Part shown: positions 19,259 through 32,239 of the stretch, piece by piece
Position numbering within the stretch: position 1 is the first letter of the stretch
How the letters are laid out: every line of letters starts with the position of its first letter
Assembly: GCA_002269645.1 (NCBI GenBank)
Contig: NIVC01000108.1
Span: 434,001-498,000 of the forward strand
Length of the DNA stretch: 64,000 nt
Source of the DNA: Macrostomum lignano
Taxonomy: Eukaryota
Reading direction: 5' to 3'
Program-made: the position numbers and the translations under genes
The notes under the pieces: generated by a model
Seen by the model: the letters and a program-made list of their open reading frames with translations, nothing else
Told to the model about the DNA's origin: nothing
Databases searched by the model: none

Positions 19259-19925
19259 CGAAGCCTGACTGCACTACTGCCGACTGTCTGGCCAGTAGCA
19301 AGATACGCGTTTTTTATAACTACTGAAAAACTAGATTAAATGTTAAAATGCACACAGTATCCGCGTCTTGTAGTCTAGAATTTCTCGCTCTGTCAGCCTG
19401 TGATTCAATGGAATTCGCTGCCACAATGTCACAACAGTTGTTCACAGAGCCAATTGGTGACAAATCTAGTTTTACCCGTTCTGGCTGTGTTTTCTCCTAT
19501 TTACATGTAGGTCTAACTTTTTAGTTTTTTTATTTGCTTTACAGTTTTCTGTTTCCTGACAGTTTTTTCTTATCGGCTTTTTTTCTATTCCGTTATTGCA
19601 ACAGAGTCTCGCCGGCACTGAGAACAATGTCTGTTTAACAATGCTTATTTAATAAAAAAACGTATGCGCGCAGACCGCCCAGAATTTCCTTGTCCGTTAT
19701 TATTTATTTATTAAGTCGCATTTTGAATTATCAAGTCTGTTTAGTTAGCACTACTCATAGTAACCAACTTCTGCAATTGGCGCAAGCAAACAATAAACGC
19801 AGTTTCTGACAAGTGTGCCAATCAGCCTGTCTTGTTGTTTTGTTAACTTATCAACTGCGGCAATCAGAGGTACTTTAGCCTTCTTAGTGTTTTTGCTTTC
19901 AATTGAATCAGTGCCACTACATGAG

Positions 19926-20209
19926 CATACATGCGCAACAGTCTGCCGATCCGGCCGACCGATTTGGCGGCCAACCAAGGAAGTCGCAAAAATGCCCACC
20001 CGAAAAAACAAAGTAGTACTAAGTAGCTGACGAGGCATTTTGGCTTAAAAAGACGGTCGAGTTACTCCTGCCGTTTACCCAACGCTGCGTTAATTTTGCT
20101 TTAGGGTTTTTTTTTACATATAAGTCGCATTTTTGGCCAAAAACTACGTCGCATTTTTGTTAAAACTAAGTCGCACGGCCGACCGAATTTTGGAGGTTGC
20201 GCATGTATG
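19926..20209 (+). mobile_element. hAT-type MITE, copy C
   Basis: Perfect TIR CATACATGCGCAAC/GTTGCGCATGTATG with an 8-bp TSD TACATGAG. Confidence 0.92.
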
Positions 20210-20260
20210 TACATGAGGGTAAACGGCGCTTTTATTGCACCTTAAATCTACTTTACATTA

Positions 20261-23200
20261 CAGTTGGGTCCGTGGAAATGGTCTAGATTTCCGCGGAATT
20301 CCGTGGAAAACTGTGAAATGCGCTACTATTGGCTGGGCCAATGGGAATGGGATGGCCCAGGAATCCATATCTTCCTTGACTATGCTACTTTTTCCTTTAT
20401 AGTAGCACCTTATGAACGAGATTTTAAGCATACTTGATAGTTATATCATGTATATAATCTTGATTAATTTTTTCTGGCCATCGAAAATCAAAAGGCTGAA
20501 ATATTGAAGCGCTTTTTTGATACGAAACAAGAGAGAAGGAGAGAGGAGAAGGAAGGAGAAAGAAGGAGGATAAGGAGAGGGAAGGAGAAAGAAGGAGGGA
20601 AGGAGAGAGAAGGAGGATAAGGAGAGGGAAGGAGAAAGAAGGAGGATAAGGAGAGGGAAGGAGAAAGAAGGAGGGAAGGAGAGAGAAGGAGAGGGAAGGA
20701 GGATAAGGAGAGAGAAGGAGAAAGAAGGAGGGAAGGAGGATAAGGAGAGGGAAGGAGAAAGAAGAAGGATAAGGAGAGGGAAGGAGAAAGAAGAAGGATA
20801 AGGAGAGGGAAGGAGAAAGAAGGAGGGAAGGAGAGAGAAGGAGAGGGAAGGAGGATAAGGAGAGAGAAGGAGAAAGAAGGAGGGAAGGAGGATAAGGAGA
20901 GGGAAGGAGAAAGAAGAAGGATAAGGAGAGGGAAGGAGAAAGAAGGAGGGAAGGAGAGAGAAGGAGAGGGAAGGAGGATAAGGAGAGAGAAGGAGAAAGA
21001 AGGAGGGAAGGAGGATAAGGAGAGGGAAGGAGAAAGAAGAAGGATAAGGAGAGGGAAGGAGAAAGAAGAAGGATAAGGAGAGGGAAGGAGAAAGAAGAAG
21101 GATAAGGAGAGGGAAGGAGAAAGAAGGAGGGAAAGAGGATAAGGAGAGGGAAGGAGGATAAGGAGAGGGAAGGAGGATAAGGAGAGGGAAGGAGAGAGAA
21201 GGAAAAAGGCGGCATGGAGAAGAGAAGCGGCAGAGATGAGTGAGGCGGTTGAGAGAACGAGAGGAGAGAGGCCTTTTGGGCATTCTGTTGCCCTCCCACA
21301 ATTATAAAATGCATGCAAATTGATATTTTTGCAGCAAAGGTTTCAAACTAAAAGTTTTGAGTATCTCTTCCCCGCCTTTTAAAGCCGTCATCAGCAAGAA
21401 TGAGATCATCCTATGATCACGCGCAAGTTCCACGCGATAAAAATTCAAGTCATTTATCAACGCATCCTGACAGTTGGGGTTACATGGCAATCAATGGCTT
21501 GTAGAATCTTCGCTATAGCCTCTCGCGCTCAAGGAATTTCTATAGTTTGTACCCCCTTTGCATGTACATATGAATGAAAACTGACTATTTTTGTGTACAT
21601 TGAACAGGGGCAGGAGGATCTAAAAACTCATTTTAGTTTCACATAATGGCGAACCATGGAAAACAGAGAGGAGAAATCGAATGGGGGCAGGCAGGGCCTC
21701 ACTGAATGACTGAACAGCGAGATAACAAGTCTGGTTTAGGAAGAGATTGAATTGGCCATAGGCGGTCTTTCAGTCACCCTCCGAACACCTCACACAGATC
21801 GATCGATATTCGAGATGGGTTGAGGGGCACGAGTGAGTCATTCTGCGAATTGCCCTTTGCCCTGCAGGGTCCCCGCTCTTGCCCAAACAGCGAAATCGAA
21901 CCTCAAACCTCGTAGACCTCACAGGCGATATGGAAATGACACCCTTAAAAAACGATACCGATATGACCAACTCAGACCGACTCGTTCTAAAAACAGCTGG
22001 GCAAAAATATACAGAGTGAAGTCAGGTCACCAATGGGACTAAAACAGTTTAGTCCCATTTTAGGTAGCTACTGTACGCAAAGCACATAGCTTACCGTCGC
22101 CTTACCGCGCACACAACTGTAAATTCTACTTTACTGGAGTTGCTGATACCCCTATAGATTTCTGAGATGCAGCTAGTATAAATTTCGCTGAACTATTCAT
22201 AATAACACCGTAGTTGGTCGCATTCAGTTCTCCATTAACTCCCAGAAAAGCATTGTATTAGCAATCGGTGGCACCGATGTCTCAGTGAATGGCTGGCCAA
22301 GAGAAGCTAAAAGAAAAGAAAGGTTTGCGGGCGCCACCCCGTGGGCCGTCGGTTGGGAAACCCAAGACTTGGGGTTGAAAGAATTTTTGTTAATACTTTC
22401 AAGGACTTTGCATATGGGACTGAATTGTCCCCTGCTATGTATGCCATGTGCAAATGATTTCGGTTGTGCTTGGATAAAATCTAGGAGAAAAACATTTCTC
22501 ACTGAGGTTCCATGCTGCCTTACCTCATGACCATGGGGTAAAAGTTTTCGCAGAGTTTCAATAAAATTCAGATACACACAGTCCTCTCTCACTCACTTTC
22601 TCTCACATTCGCCTTCTCATTATTACTGATGGCGGCTTCAGGAAGGGATACTCCAAACCTGTAGCTTGAAACCTTTGCAAAAATAGCAATAGTAAGCATT
22701 TTATAATTGCAGGAGGGCAATGGACTGCCCAAAAAGCTTCTCTCCTTCTCTCTGCTTCCCTCTGCCGCCTCTCTCATCCCTACCACCTCTTTCCTTCTCT
22801 TCTTCTCTCTCCTTCTTTCTCCTCCCTGCTGCCACCCTCATTCCCTCTGCCGCCTTCTTCTCCCTGCCGCCTCTCTCCTCCCTGCTGCCTCTTCTCCGTG
22901 TCGCCTCTTTCCTTCTCTCTTCTCTCCTTCCCTCTCTTTCCCTCTCCTTCCCTCTCCTTTCCTACCCTTTTTTCTCCTTCCCTCTCCTTCCCTCTCCTTT
23001 CCTCTCCTTTCTCCTTCCCTCTCCTTCCCTCTCCTTTCTCCTTCCATCTCCTTCCCTCTCCTTTCTCCTTCCCTCTCTTTCCCTCTCCTTTCTCCTTCCC
23101 TGTCCTTCCCTGTCCTTCCCTCTCCTTCTTTCTCCTTCCCTGTCCTTCCCTCTCCTTTCTCCTTCCATCTCCTTCCCTCTCCTTTCTCCTTCCCTCTCCT

Positions 23201-24089
23201 TTCTCCTTCCCTCTCCTTCCCTCTCCTTTCCTATCCTTCTTTCTCCTTCCCTGTCCTTCCCTGTCCTTTCCTCTCCTTCCCTCTCCTTCCCTCTCCTTCT
23301 CTCTCCTTCCCTCTCCTTTCTCCTTCCCTCTCCTTCTCTCTCCTTCCCTCTCCTTTCTCCTTCCCTCTCCTTCCCTCTCCTTTCTCCTTCCCTCTCCTTT
23401 CTCCTTTCCTCTCCTTCCCTCTCCTTCTTTCTCCTTCCCTGTCCTTCCCTCTCCTTCCCTCTCCTTCTCTCTCCTTCCCATCCTTCTCTCTCCTTCCCTC
23501 TCCTTTCTCCTTTCCTCTCCTTCCCTCTCCTTTCTCCTTCCCTCTCCTTTCTCCTTTCCTCTCCTTCCCTCTCCTTTCTCCTTCCCTCTCCTTTCTCCTT
23601 TCCTCTCCTTCCCTCTCCTTCTTTCTCCTTCCCTGTCCTTCCCTCTCCTTTCCTATCCTTCTTTCTCCTTCCCTCTCCGTCTTTCTCCTTCTCTCTCCTT
23701 CCCTCTCCTTCCCTCTCCTTCCCTCTCCTTTCCTATCCTTCTTTCTCCTTCTCTCTCCTTCCCTCTCCTTCCCTCTCCTTCCCTCTCCTTGTTTCATATA
23801 AAAAAGCGCTTCAATATTTCAGCCTTTTGATTTTCGATTTGATTTTCGATGGCCAGACATAATTAAAAATTAATCAAGATTATATACATGATATAACCAT
23901 CAAGTATGCTTAAAATCTCGTTCATAAGGTGCTACTATAAAGGAAAAAGTAGCATAGTCAAGGAAGATATGGATTCCCGGGCCATCCCATCCCCATTGGC
24001 CCAGCCAATAGTAGCGCATTTCACACAGTTTTCCACGGAATTCCGCGGCCATTCCGCGGAAATCTAGATTATTTCCACGGACCCAACTG
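20261..24089. mobile_element. 3.8-kb Tc1/mariner-type foldback element with polypurine/polypyrimidine arms
   Basis: TA|CAGTTGGGTCCGTGGAAAT...ATTTCCACGGACCCAACTG|TA. About 270 bp of unique inverted repeat, then a GA-rich array (20530-21280) mirrored by a TC-rich array (22735-23790), then a further short inverted segment. No recognisable transposase in the ~1.3-kb spacer. Confidence 0.88.
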
Positions 24090-24446
24090 TACAGACAGAA
24101 AACAGGCAAGCAGAGACTATAAAGTAAATAAAGACTTTTGCTATAATTAAATTTTTGTCACGGAATTTGTTTTGTAGTCTAATTTATTGCCAATATTACT
24201 ACTGAAAGTAGCAACGTTAGTTTTGCGCAATAATACATGTATTTGCATATATTAGTATTAGCAGAATAAATCATCAACTTTAAGCCTGATCAGTATGCAT
24301 GTCGTCAGGGCAACTCAAGTCTTCCGCTAGATCGCATTGGCGAGATAAAAAAATTTCAGATTGACTAAGCAAACAGGTTTTTAAGACAGATTTTTGCACT
24401 TTAAATAGCCTTAGGAAGTCAAGCCTGTGCAACTGAAATCTGACCG

Positions 24447-27400
24447 CTAGTCGCGCAGGTCTGCGGGCAGCTCCTCCCTGTGCGGGAAGCTGGTCTGCGT
24501 GCCCGGCCTGGTGACGCTGATGGCCGCGATGCGGACCGCCCGGCTGACCCGGGCCGCCATGGGCAGGTCCGGCCGGCAGGCGCAGAAGTGGGCCAGGCTG
24601 CCCATGAAGGCGTCGCCTGCGCCCTGCGGAGCCATGGGGGTTCCGGCTTTGGGGAAGCGAGTGGACACGGACAGGCACACAGACACAGAGACAGACACAA
24701 ACAGCCACTAAGACAGTCAGATATACAGACAGGCACACACACAGACAACAGCCACTAAGACAGTCAGATATACAGACAGGCACACACACAGACAACAGCC
24801 ACTAAGACAGTCAGATATACAGACAGGCACACACACAGACAACAGACACTAAGACAGTCAGATACACAGACAGGCACACACAGATAACACAAATTCAGAC
24901 TCAGACAGACAGACAGACAGACAAGCACAACACACACACACTCAGACAGACAGACTCACAGTGGTATCAATGGCCTCAACCGCAGGCGCGGGCACCCGCA
25001 ACACCTGGTCGCCGTCAAGAAAGGCGACCCCGCTGGCACCGAGGGTGACCATCGGAAGGCGGCAGCCGAGCTCGCGCAGGCGGCGCAGCACGGCGTCCAC
25101 GTCCTGATCGGTGGTGCAGGGCAGGCCGGTGATGGCGGTGGCCTCCTGCTGGTTGGGGCAGACCACGTCGGCCAGCGCCAGCAGCTCCGGCGGCGTCGGC
25201 GTGACAGGCGCGGGCGCCGGGTTCAGAATGGTCATGGCGCCGGCCTCCCTGCGCGGGGCAGGATGGTTGGGATTGGCAAAAGTCTGGGCATCCAGCAGTC
25301 TATGAGCCGTATAAACGGATTACGGCATCCCCATATGAAAGCAGTATAGCGACTGCTGAGAGCTGCCAAGCTTTTATAATATGTACGTGTGTGACTGACG
25401 GCCAGTAAAAATCAACTACAAGTATAATTCTAGAAACATGCACATATAAACAAATATTACTAATAGTACCAGACTAAGCTAGTATTCTAAACTCTGTTTT
25501 GAATCAAAGGACTTCCGTACGACAGCTCGGTGAACCAAAAGATGACATTTACTCGTAGCTTGGTTGAGTACTAACCGCAACCAGCCTCTGCTTAACCTGC
25601 AGACTCGGATTCTAATAAAAAAATAATAAGTATTTTTGCCTACATTTTTACTATACGAGGGGCATTTCAGAAGTTCGTAGAAAAGCCCTCTTGCATAAAG
25701 CTATAGCCTTGAAACTTTTCACGAATACTATTTCATATATCTACAGCCTGCTGCTAAATTTTCAGCAAAATTGATTGAAATGGCCACCAGAAATCTGCGA
25801 TCAAACTCTGAACCCTCCACTGTATTTCCTGCATTCTCCAAGGAGCAGTCAAGAGCCATAATGCTGTTCCTGTTTCGTCGAGGCTCTAGCGCAAATGAAG
25901 CTGCTGCTGAGATGAGGTTAATGTGTCGCAACCCGCTTTTTGATATCTGCTGGCTTTCTATCACTGTCTACGAACTTTTGAAATACCCCTCGTAAGTAGA
26001 GTAGTTAGCGAAATATTGTTATTATTGTTATTAATAATGTATATTATTTTCATTATCACTAGCATTTTGTAGTTGTGTTTTTTAACACTTAAAGTAAAGC
26101 TATAATAATTGACTTTAGGAGTCAACACAGTTTCGTGACTGTGCAGTTTCTAATGCGCAAATACTTTGTTTTGGTACTCGTATACCTTGGCCTCACCTGG
26201 CAATTTTCAGTGCCCGCGTGGTCACATCAATCGGCACCTCGAGCTGGCAGACGACCACCTTGGCGGCGGCAAGGACGCCGGCGGCGCGGTCGATGTCAGC
26301 CGGCGTCAGTCGGAAATTCGCGCCGGGCACCACCACAATGGTGTTCTCGCCGCCGCCAGTCACCGTGATGGACGCGACGCCAGTGCTGGCGCCCGCCTCC
26401 ATCAGCAGGTGCTCTGCAACGGCAGGGCTCATGGGGTCAACGAATCGAATGCAGGTGTGCAAGATAAGCGAGCCACCCCTAACCACCCCACCCTCCAACG
26501 GTGCCCCCTAAAGACGGCAAAAGTACATAGCACCCCCAAATACAGCAAAAGTACATGACATCCCGATGTCAACAGCTTTGGGAGACTCTGGAGCTGCATT
26601 CGAGACTGGCGAGACTGACTTTATCAATTGACTAGCATTGAATTTACATGTACGTCTTCTCTCAGCAATCAAAAAGATTCTCTCAGCAATCGAATGCGCG
26701 TGTTTTGCAGGAAGTAGAAGAGACCAAAATTCAAAGTTCAACAACAAAGCTCCAACTACAGCCATCGCGAACAAAAATGATAACAGGAATGCGAATAAAT
26801 CGATCGCGCAGTAAAATCTGCATCTTGCCAGAAGTACTAAAAGAGCTCAACCGCAGTCGCAGAATTGTTTCGCTCCTCCGAGCGACGCCAGAAGCAGCAG
26901 CCTCGGCAGCAGTGCTTCGGCGATAATGTACGGAAAAACGGCCTTCGAAAGTTGCTGCCCATGAAGTAGACAGGCCAGCTAAGGGCATTGTTCACGTATA
27001 GCAGGTTGTTAAGATAGTTTACAACATGAAAAAATTGAAAATATTCTCATTAGCCTGGGACCAATCAAGCGCACATATGGAATAAAACATCACTGAACTG
27101 TAGGGCAAGCAGCACACGGCGAAAAGCACGTTAATGAACACGAGCATGATTCGAACCAGCAACCTCTGACGCAGTCGGCAGCTGTGGGGCTGCAGGCTGA
27201 TCTGCCCAGCTGCTTGACTGCTTTTAGACACGCAGACGCAAATTCCGACTGTGCCCAGCGTCCTCGCCGATAGAAGGAAGACCCGACCGAAGAACAGCTC
27301 CGCCTTGATGAGCATGTACGAGTACACAGTATCCAGTTGCTTGTCGTGGTTTAAACAAACAATAAATAATTACATGATGGGCAGCACCGATGCGGCTGCA

Positions 27401-30338
27401 GTGATGACGGCCAGCAAGATGCGGCTTCTCCTGCGGGTCAGAATCCGCTGCGCTCGCATCGGCGCCGCCACAGCCACAAGGCGGTCCGCGGTGAGGCCCA
27501 GCTGGAAGAAGTGCGCACCCACAGTTGAATACATTCTGGTGAGCAGATAAACAACTCTAACTATGGGCTGTAGCATGAATTTAAATCGGTCTGTAAATTC
27601 ACGCATTTCAATTGCGTAATGTAGAGGTTCGTGCCGGTCAGAAAGTCGCTAGCTGTGATGATGAGCAGGTACTGCCGAGTGACTCTGGGAAAGGACTCTC
27701 GGTTCTTCGGAATTACCCAGAATGAGCAGCCGTTAGCTATCGCGCCGGTGATAAACAGCAGAGGAAAGAGCCAGTTGTAACAGTAGAGTGTTATTTGCCG
27801 CTCAAGCTTGAAAAACTTGTCGAGTTCGGATCTGGTCAAGTTCATTTTGCAAACGCAAGTCTGTTCTGGCGCAGAGCAGCTGCTTTTAACATGAAGTGGA
27901 TGCGTGCGCATAATTAGACATTCGACTCTCGCCATCGAATTGCGTCCACATGCACTAATGCGCTCAGACAATTTTGTTGTTTAAGGGCCCTATCGGATTA
28001 CTGTGCGTTTTTATGCGCAAGTTATTCAAAGAACCAAATACTACCTTAATCTATAAGTCTTCTTAAAGGAAAGCTGCTGCAGAGTTTAGTTTAGTAAATT
28101 TGCTCTTCACAAATTTGCTATTTGGTCAATTATTTAGCTGAATGCTTGCAGTTAATTCGAGAAGGCGAGTCGGAAGGGCGGCGCACCCAACGCTTGCACA
28201 CCATGTATGCGGTTTGTTGTATGGAAACGATCATCTACGTTCGTCTAGGTAATAATACTAGTATTATCGAGCTCTACCATACTACACTTTCGCTTGCACT
28301 TTTGCTCAGTTGTATCAGCAGCAATCTGCGCTGATTTCGGGACGATGTCGCCGAAGGCTTTGTGGCGGCTGTCGGATTTTTAGAACTTTTAAAACTAATT
28401 ACTGTAAAGAAAGTGAGATCTTGGATAGTGGTCAGCTGGCCAGAAAGTGGGGCCGTAGCCCAGTGGTCCAGCGCAGCGCTCTGGTGTGCCAGGGCCCAGG
28501 CTCGATTCCAAGTGCAGTCACTTTAATTTGGGGCTAAACTGCAATCTCAGCTTGGCTCTGCTGGTGCAATTGACATCCCTAGACCCCTAGAGGGCCAAGC
28601 CCCAAGGCACAGAGAAGTGTACATGCCTAGCGATAAATAAATTAGGCCTGCTGTACACTCCTGTGTGAGTGTGTGCTTTGTGGGTACGACTGCTGCGTAC
28701 GTATCCGCGCGCTTGTGTGCCTGCTCAGGGGAGTCGGCGGAACGGGCATTAGATGCAACTCGCTTCTAAAAGAGCTAGCCAAAAGTCTTCCCCAGTCCAG
28801 CAAATACGTAGAAACGCCAAAGCAGCCTACCCGTATGGATGCCGTGCTTGCTGAAGTACTTCATGTACTCCCGACCGAACAGATCGTCACCAATCTGAAA
28901 CAGAGAGTGGGCAGAGTGAGCCTGCAGCTTGGATACAGTGCGGCAGACGAGGGGGCAGAGAACTCATGGACAGCTAAAAAAGTGCAAGGACTTCGCTAGG
29001 CCGGTTTTCGCTAGAAAATGCACCAGCAAGATATACACGTAAGAAGTTTACAATTTTACTTAGCATTGGATTGATAAAAAGTATAGCGACTGTTGGCCGT
29101 ATTTTCAGTTGTGAACTCTTTAAGAAAAACCACTCTGATCTTTTCAAAGTGAATGCAACAACGCTGAATTCGCGACTGCCGTGACTTGAAGCACCGAATA
29201 AACCGAGCGTGCTGATCATTGACGCCTGAATGTTATCTTCAGACGAGGGACGAGTGGTCAGAGCGTCGGACTCACAACTGAAAGTTCGGGGGTTCGGTTC
29301 TCGACTCCACTCAGAACCATTTGTGTCCTTGAGCAAGACAATTCACACTCTGCATTTCTTCAGTTCACCCAGCTGTAAAATGGGTGCCAGCATTAGCTGG
29401 GGTAACTGAGGGTGGGTGTGGCGATCCCCCAGTCCTTGGACTGAACAGTCGTACGCAGCAATAGCTGCGGCTGAGCTGTCGGTTTCACATCTGGCCATTG
29501 GGGCAGGTGAAATCAGTTATTATTATTAATACTTTATCCAACAAGTACAACTTGCTGGTAGAATTGACTGATTAACAGTCTAAAAACGATCAACATGACC
29601 TTGACATTTCTTTGGTCGAGACAAATCTGGCGACAGCCATTGACTGCTCTGTCGTTTGGTTGATTCAGGGTCATGCAGAGACCCATGACTGACACGATGA
29701 ACTTGTGATCCGCTTCCTCGTCTGAAGGCGGTGCTCAAGATGACATTCAGACGTCAGTGACCAGCACAGTATGGGGTATCAAAGAAGACAAATTTATTCA
29801 GTGCTTCAAGGTGTGGCAGATGCTATATTCAGCGTTGCAGTGACTTTGTAGAGACCGAGCAGTGATTTGTTCTTAAGGAACTTACAACTTGTCACTGCAC
29901 CGCGTACATGCATCTCACCTGTTGAACTTCTTTGTGCTCTTTTTGTCTAAGGCCGATTCACAGGTTGATCGATGTTAAAATTGACTTATTTTCCCGCCTC
30001 CCGTAGCATCCATCAGTCTGGGATAAAAACACACAGTTGCTTAATTTGAGTGACATCCTAAATCTCGCTAGTGCATTTTGTGGAGAAGCGGCCTCCCTAC
30101 TCGCATATGAGCAGAGCCCAGCAGCAGCGCTCACCTTGCCAACCATGGCGGCGCGCGACCCCAAGAAGCTGGCCATGGTGCACTGGTTGGCGCCCTTGCC
30201 GCCGGCGCCCATGCCGAAGCTGGAGCCGATGCGGGTCTCGCCGGGCCGCACCGCCGTGTCCACATAGGCGATGAGGTCGTACACCACGCTGCCCATCACC
30301 GCCACGTCGAAGGCTGCGCTGGACTGGGACGGCTGCAT
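24447..30338 (-). CDS. RBKS: Ribokinase (PfkB family), 5 coding exons, 316 aa
   Basis: Exons 30338-30135, 28894-28831, 26413-26197, 25248-24960 and 24623-24447 (951 nt, phases 0/1/2/0). Motifs [37 protein letters not shown] and DTTGAGDAF. Confidence 0.95.
24680..24955. repeat. ~47-bp minisatellite plus (CAGA)n/(CA)n, RBKS intron 4
   Basis: Unit CAGCCACTAAGACAGTCAGATATACAGACAGGCACACACACAGACAA. Confidence 0.9.
25656..25992 (+). mobile_element. Internally deleted mariner derivative (MITE)
   Basis: TA|CGAGGGGCATTTCAGAAGTTCGTAGA...TCTACGAACTTTTGAAATACCCCTCG|TA. Internal [21 protein letters not shown] resembles the mariner N-terminal helix-turn-helix. Confidence 0.8.
26837..27845 (-). pseudogene. 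Intronless rhodopsin-class (peptide-receptor-like) GPCR pseudogene in RBKS intron 2
   Basis: TM1 [21 protein letters not shown]2 [11 protein letters not shown]3 [17 protein letters not shown]6 [10 protein letters not shown]7 [15 protein letters not shown] and a Cys-rich tail. Lesions: frameshift near 27605, in-frame TAA at 27370-27372, frameshift in the A/T run near 27030. Confidence 0.85.
28448..28642 (+). mobile_element. tRNA-derived SINE family 2, copy 1
   Basis: TAGCCCAGTGGTCCAGCGC (A box), GGCTCGATTCC (B box) and an AATAAA-like tail. Inverted homolog at 40538-40716. Confidence 0.7.
29243..29530 (+). mobile_element. tRNA-derived SINE family 1, copy 2
   Basis: Aligns to 18796-19097 over about 280 bp; (TTA)n tail. 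Confidence 0.8.
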
Positions 30339-30399
30339 CGGGGCTGCTGGGTGGACTAGTGGGCACCGGGCAGCTGCAAGATGGCGGAATTGGCTTTGT

Positions 30400-31055
30400 C
30401 TCAGGAGATGCTTCAGGTGCCACTGACTACTCAGGAGATGCTTCAGGTGCCACTGACTACTCAGGAGATGCTTCAGGTGCCACTGACTACTCAGGAGATG
30501 CTTCAGGTGCCACTGACTACTCAGGAGATGCTTCAGGTGCCACTGACTACTCAGGAGATGCTTTAGGTGCCACAGACTACTCAGGAGATGCTTCAGGTGC
30601 CACTGACTACTCAGATACTTCAGGTGCCTCTGACTATTCAGGAGATGCTTCAGGTGCCACTGACTACTCAGGAGATGCTTTAGGTGCCACAGACTACTCA
30701 GGAGATGCTTCAGGTGCCACTGACTACTCAGATGCTTCAGGTGCCACTGACTACTCAGGAGATGCTTCAGGTGCCACTGACTACTCAGGAGATGCTTCAG
30801 GTGCCACTGACTACTCAGATGCTTCAGGTGCCACAGACTACTCAGGAGATGCTTCAGGTGCCACTGACTACTCAGATGCTTCAGGTGCCACTGACTACTC
30901 AGGAGATGCTTCAGGTGCCACTGACTACTCAGGAGATGCTTCAGGTGCCACTGACTACTCAGGAGATGCTTTAGGTGCCACAGACTACTCAGGAGATGCT
31001 TCAGGTGCCACTGACTACTCAGATGCTTCAGGTGCCTCTGACTATTCAGGAGACA
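30400..31055. repeat. 30/27-bp minisatellite just upstream of RBKS
   Basis: Unit TCAGGAGATGCTTCAGGTGCCACTGACTAC, with variants lacking GGA. Confidence 0.97.
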
Positions 31056-31554
31056 TCAGAGCTAGCGCATTGTACAAGCAGCACTAATATATATTCTAAT
31101 TTCCAAAGCTTACCTTTTCTTTCTTCTGACCGAACTGCCTGTCAAATATTTTACGCTTACTAGCTCAGCAGGTTGGCCGGTCAAGCAGCAGAGCTATTAT
31201 TGCTTTTATGCTAAGATAAGATAAGTACACGCATAGCCGGGCAACCAGTGGCCAGCCGCTAAGCCTGGCAGCCAAGGCACCAAAGTTCACAACAACCAAA
31301 TAGGCTGAATCCGAAATGACAAGACGAACTGGTGGAGGGCCAGGCAAAACCGTTTAGTACGCCATTGCGTCTTGAAACACATAGCAAGCGCTTGCGTTTC
31401 GACAGCCGCGCTTAACAAACATTTATTCTATATTTCAGTTTAATTATAGCAATGAAAAGGTAACAAAGCTTTTCTTTATAGCAAGATACAAGTTGCGATA
31501 CGAATGCCTGCTCAAGTCAGACTGATTAGCGAACTTGAAACATGAGGCTAATCT

Positions 31555-32140
31555 GGAGAGGGTAGGGGGAGGGCAGAGTGTAGGGAGAGGGCAGAGGGTA
31601 GGGATATGGCAGAGGGTAGGGAGAGGGCAGAGGGTAGGGAGAGGGCAGAGGGTAGAGAGAGGGCAGAGGGTAGGGAGAGGGCAGAGGGTAGGGACTAGGG
31701 AGAGGGCAGAGGGTAGGGAGAGGGCAGAGGGTAGGGAGATGGCAGAGGGTAGGGAGAGGGCAGAGGGTAGGGACTAGGGAGAGGGCAGAGGGTAGGGACT
31801 AGGGAGAGGGCAGAGGGTAGGGAGAGGGCAGAGGGTAGGGACTAGGGAGAGGGCAGAGGGTAGGGAGAGGGCAGAGGGTAGGGAGATGGCAGAGAGTAGG
31901 GAGAGGGCAGAGGGTAGGGAGAGGGCAGAGGGTAGGGAAAGGGCAGAGGGTAGGGAGATGGCAGAGGGTAGGGAGAGGGCAGAGGGTAGGGACTAGGGAG
32001 AGGGCAGAGGGTAGGGAGAGGGCAGAGGGTAGGGACTAGGGAGAGGGCAGAGGGTAGGGACTAGGGAGATGGCAGAGGGTAGGGAGAGGGCAGAGGGTAG
32101 GGAGAGGGCAGAGGGTAGGGAGAGGGCAGAGGGGGGAGAA
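31555..32140. repeat. 18-bp G-tract minisatellite between COPS5 and RBKS
   Basis: Unit GGGCAGAGGGTAGGGAGA; continuous G3 tracts. Confidence 0.97.
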
Positions 32141-32239
32141 GGGAGATTACAGGTGTCCCAGCTCATACGAATCAACGCCAAGGCGAGCCCGTCAGAACAA
32201 CTCAGTGGAGAGCAGCCCAGCAGAGCACGAACGAAGGCG

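Noticed and set aside
20424-23862. Long Leu/Ser/Pro/Phe-rich and Arg/Glu/Gly/Lys-rich ORFs of 230-380 aa
   Set aside because: They are translations of GA/TC microsatellite arrays that lack stop codons in all frames; no domain content.
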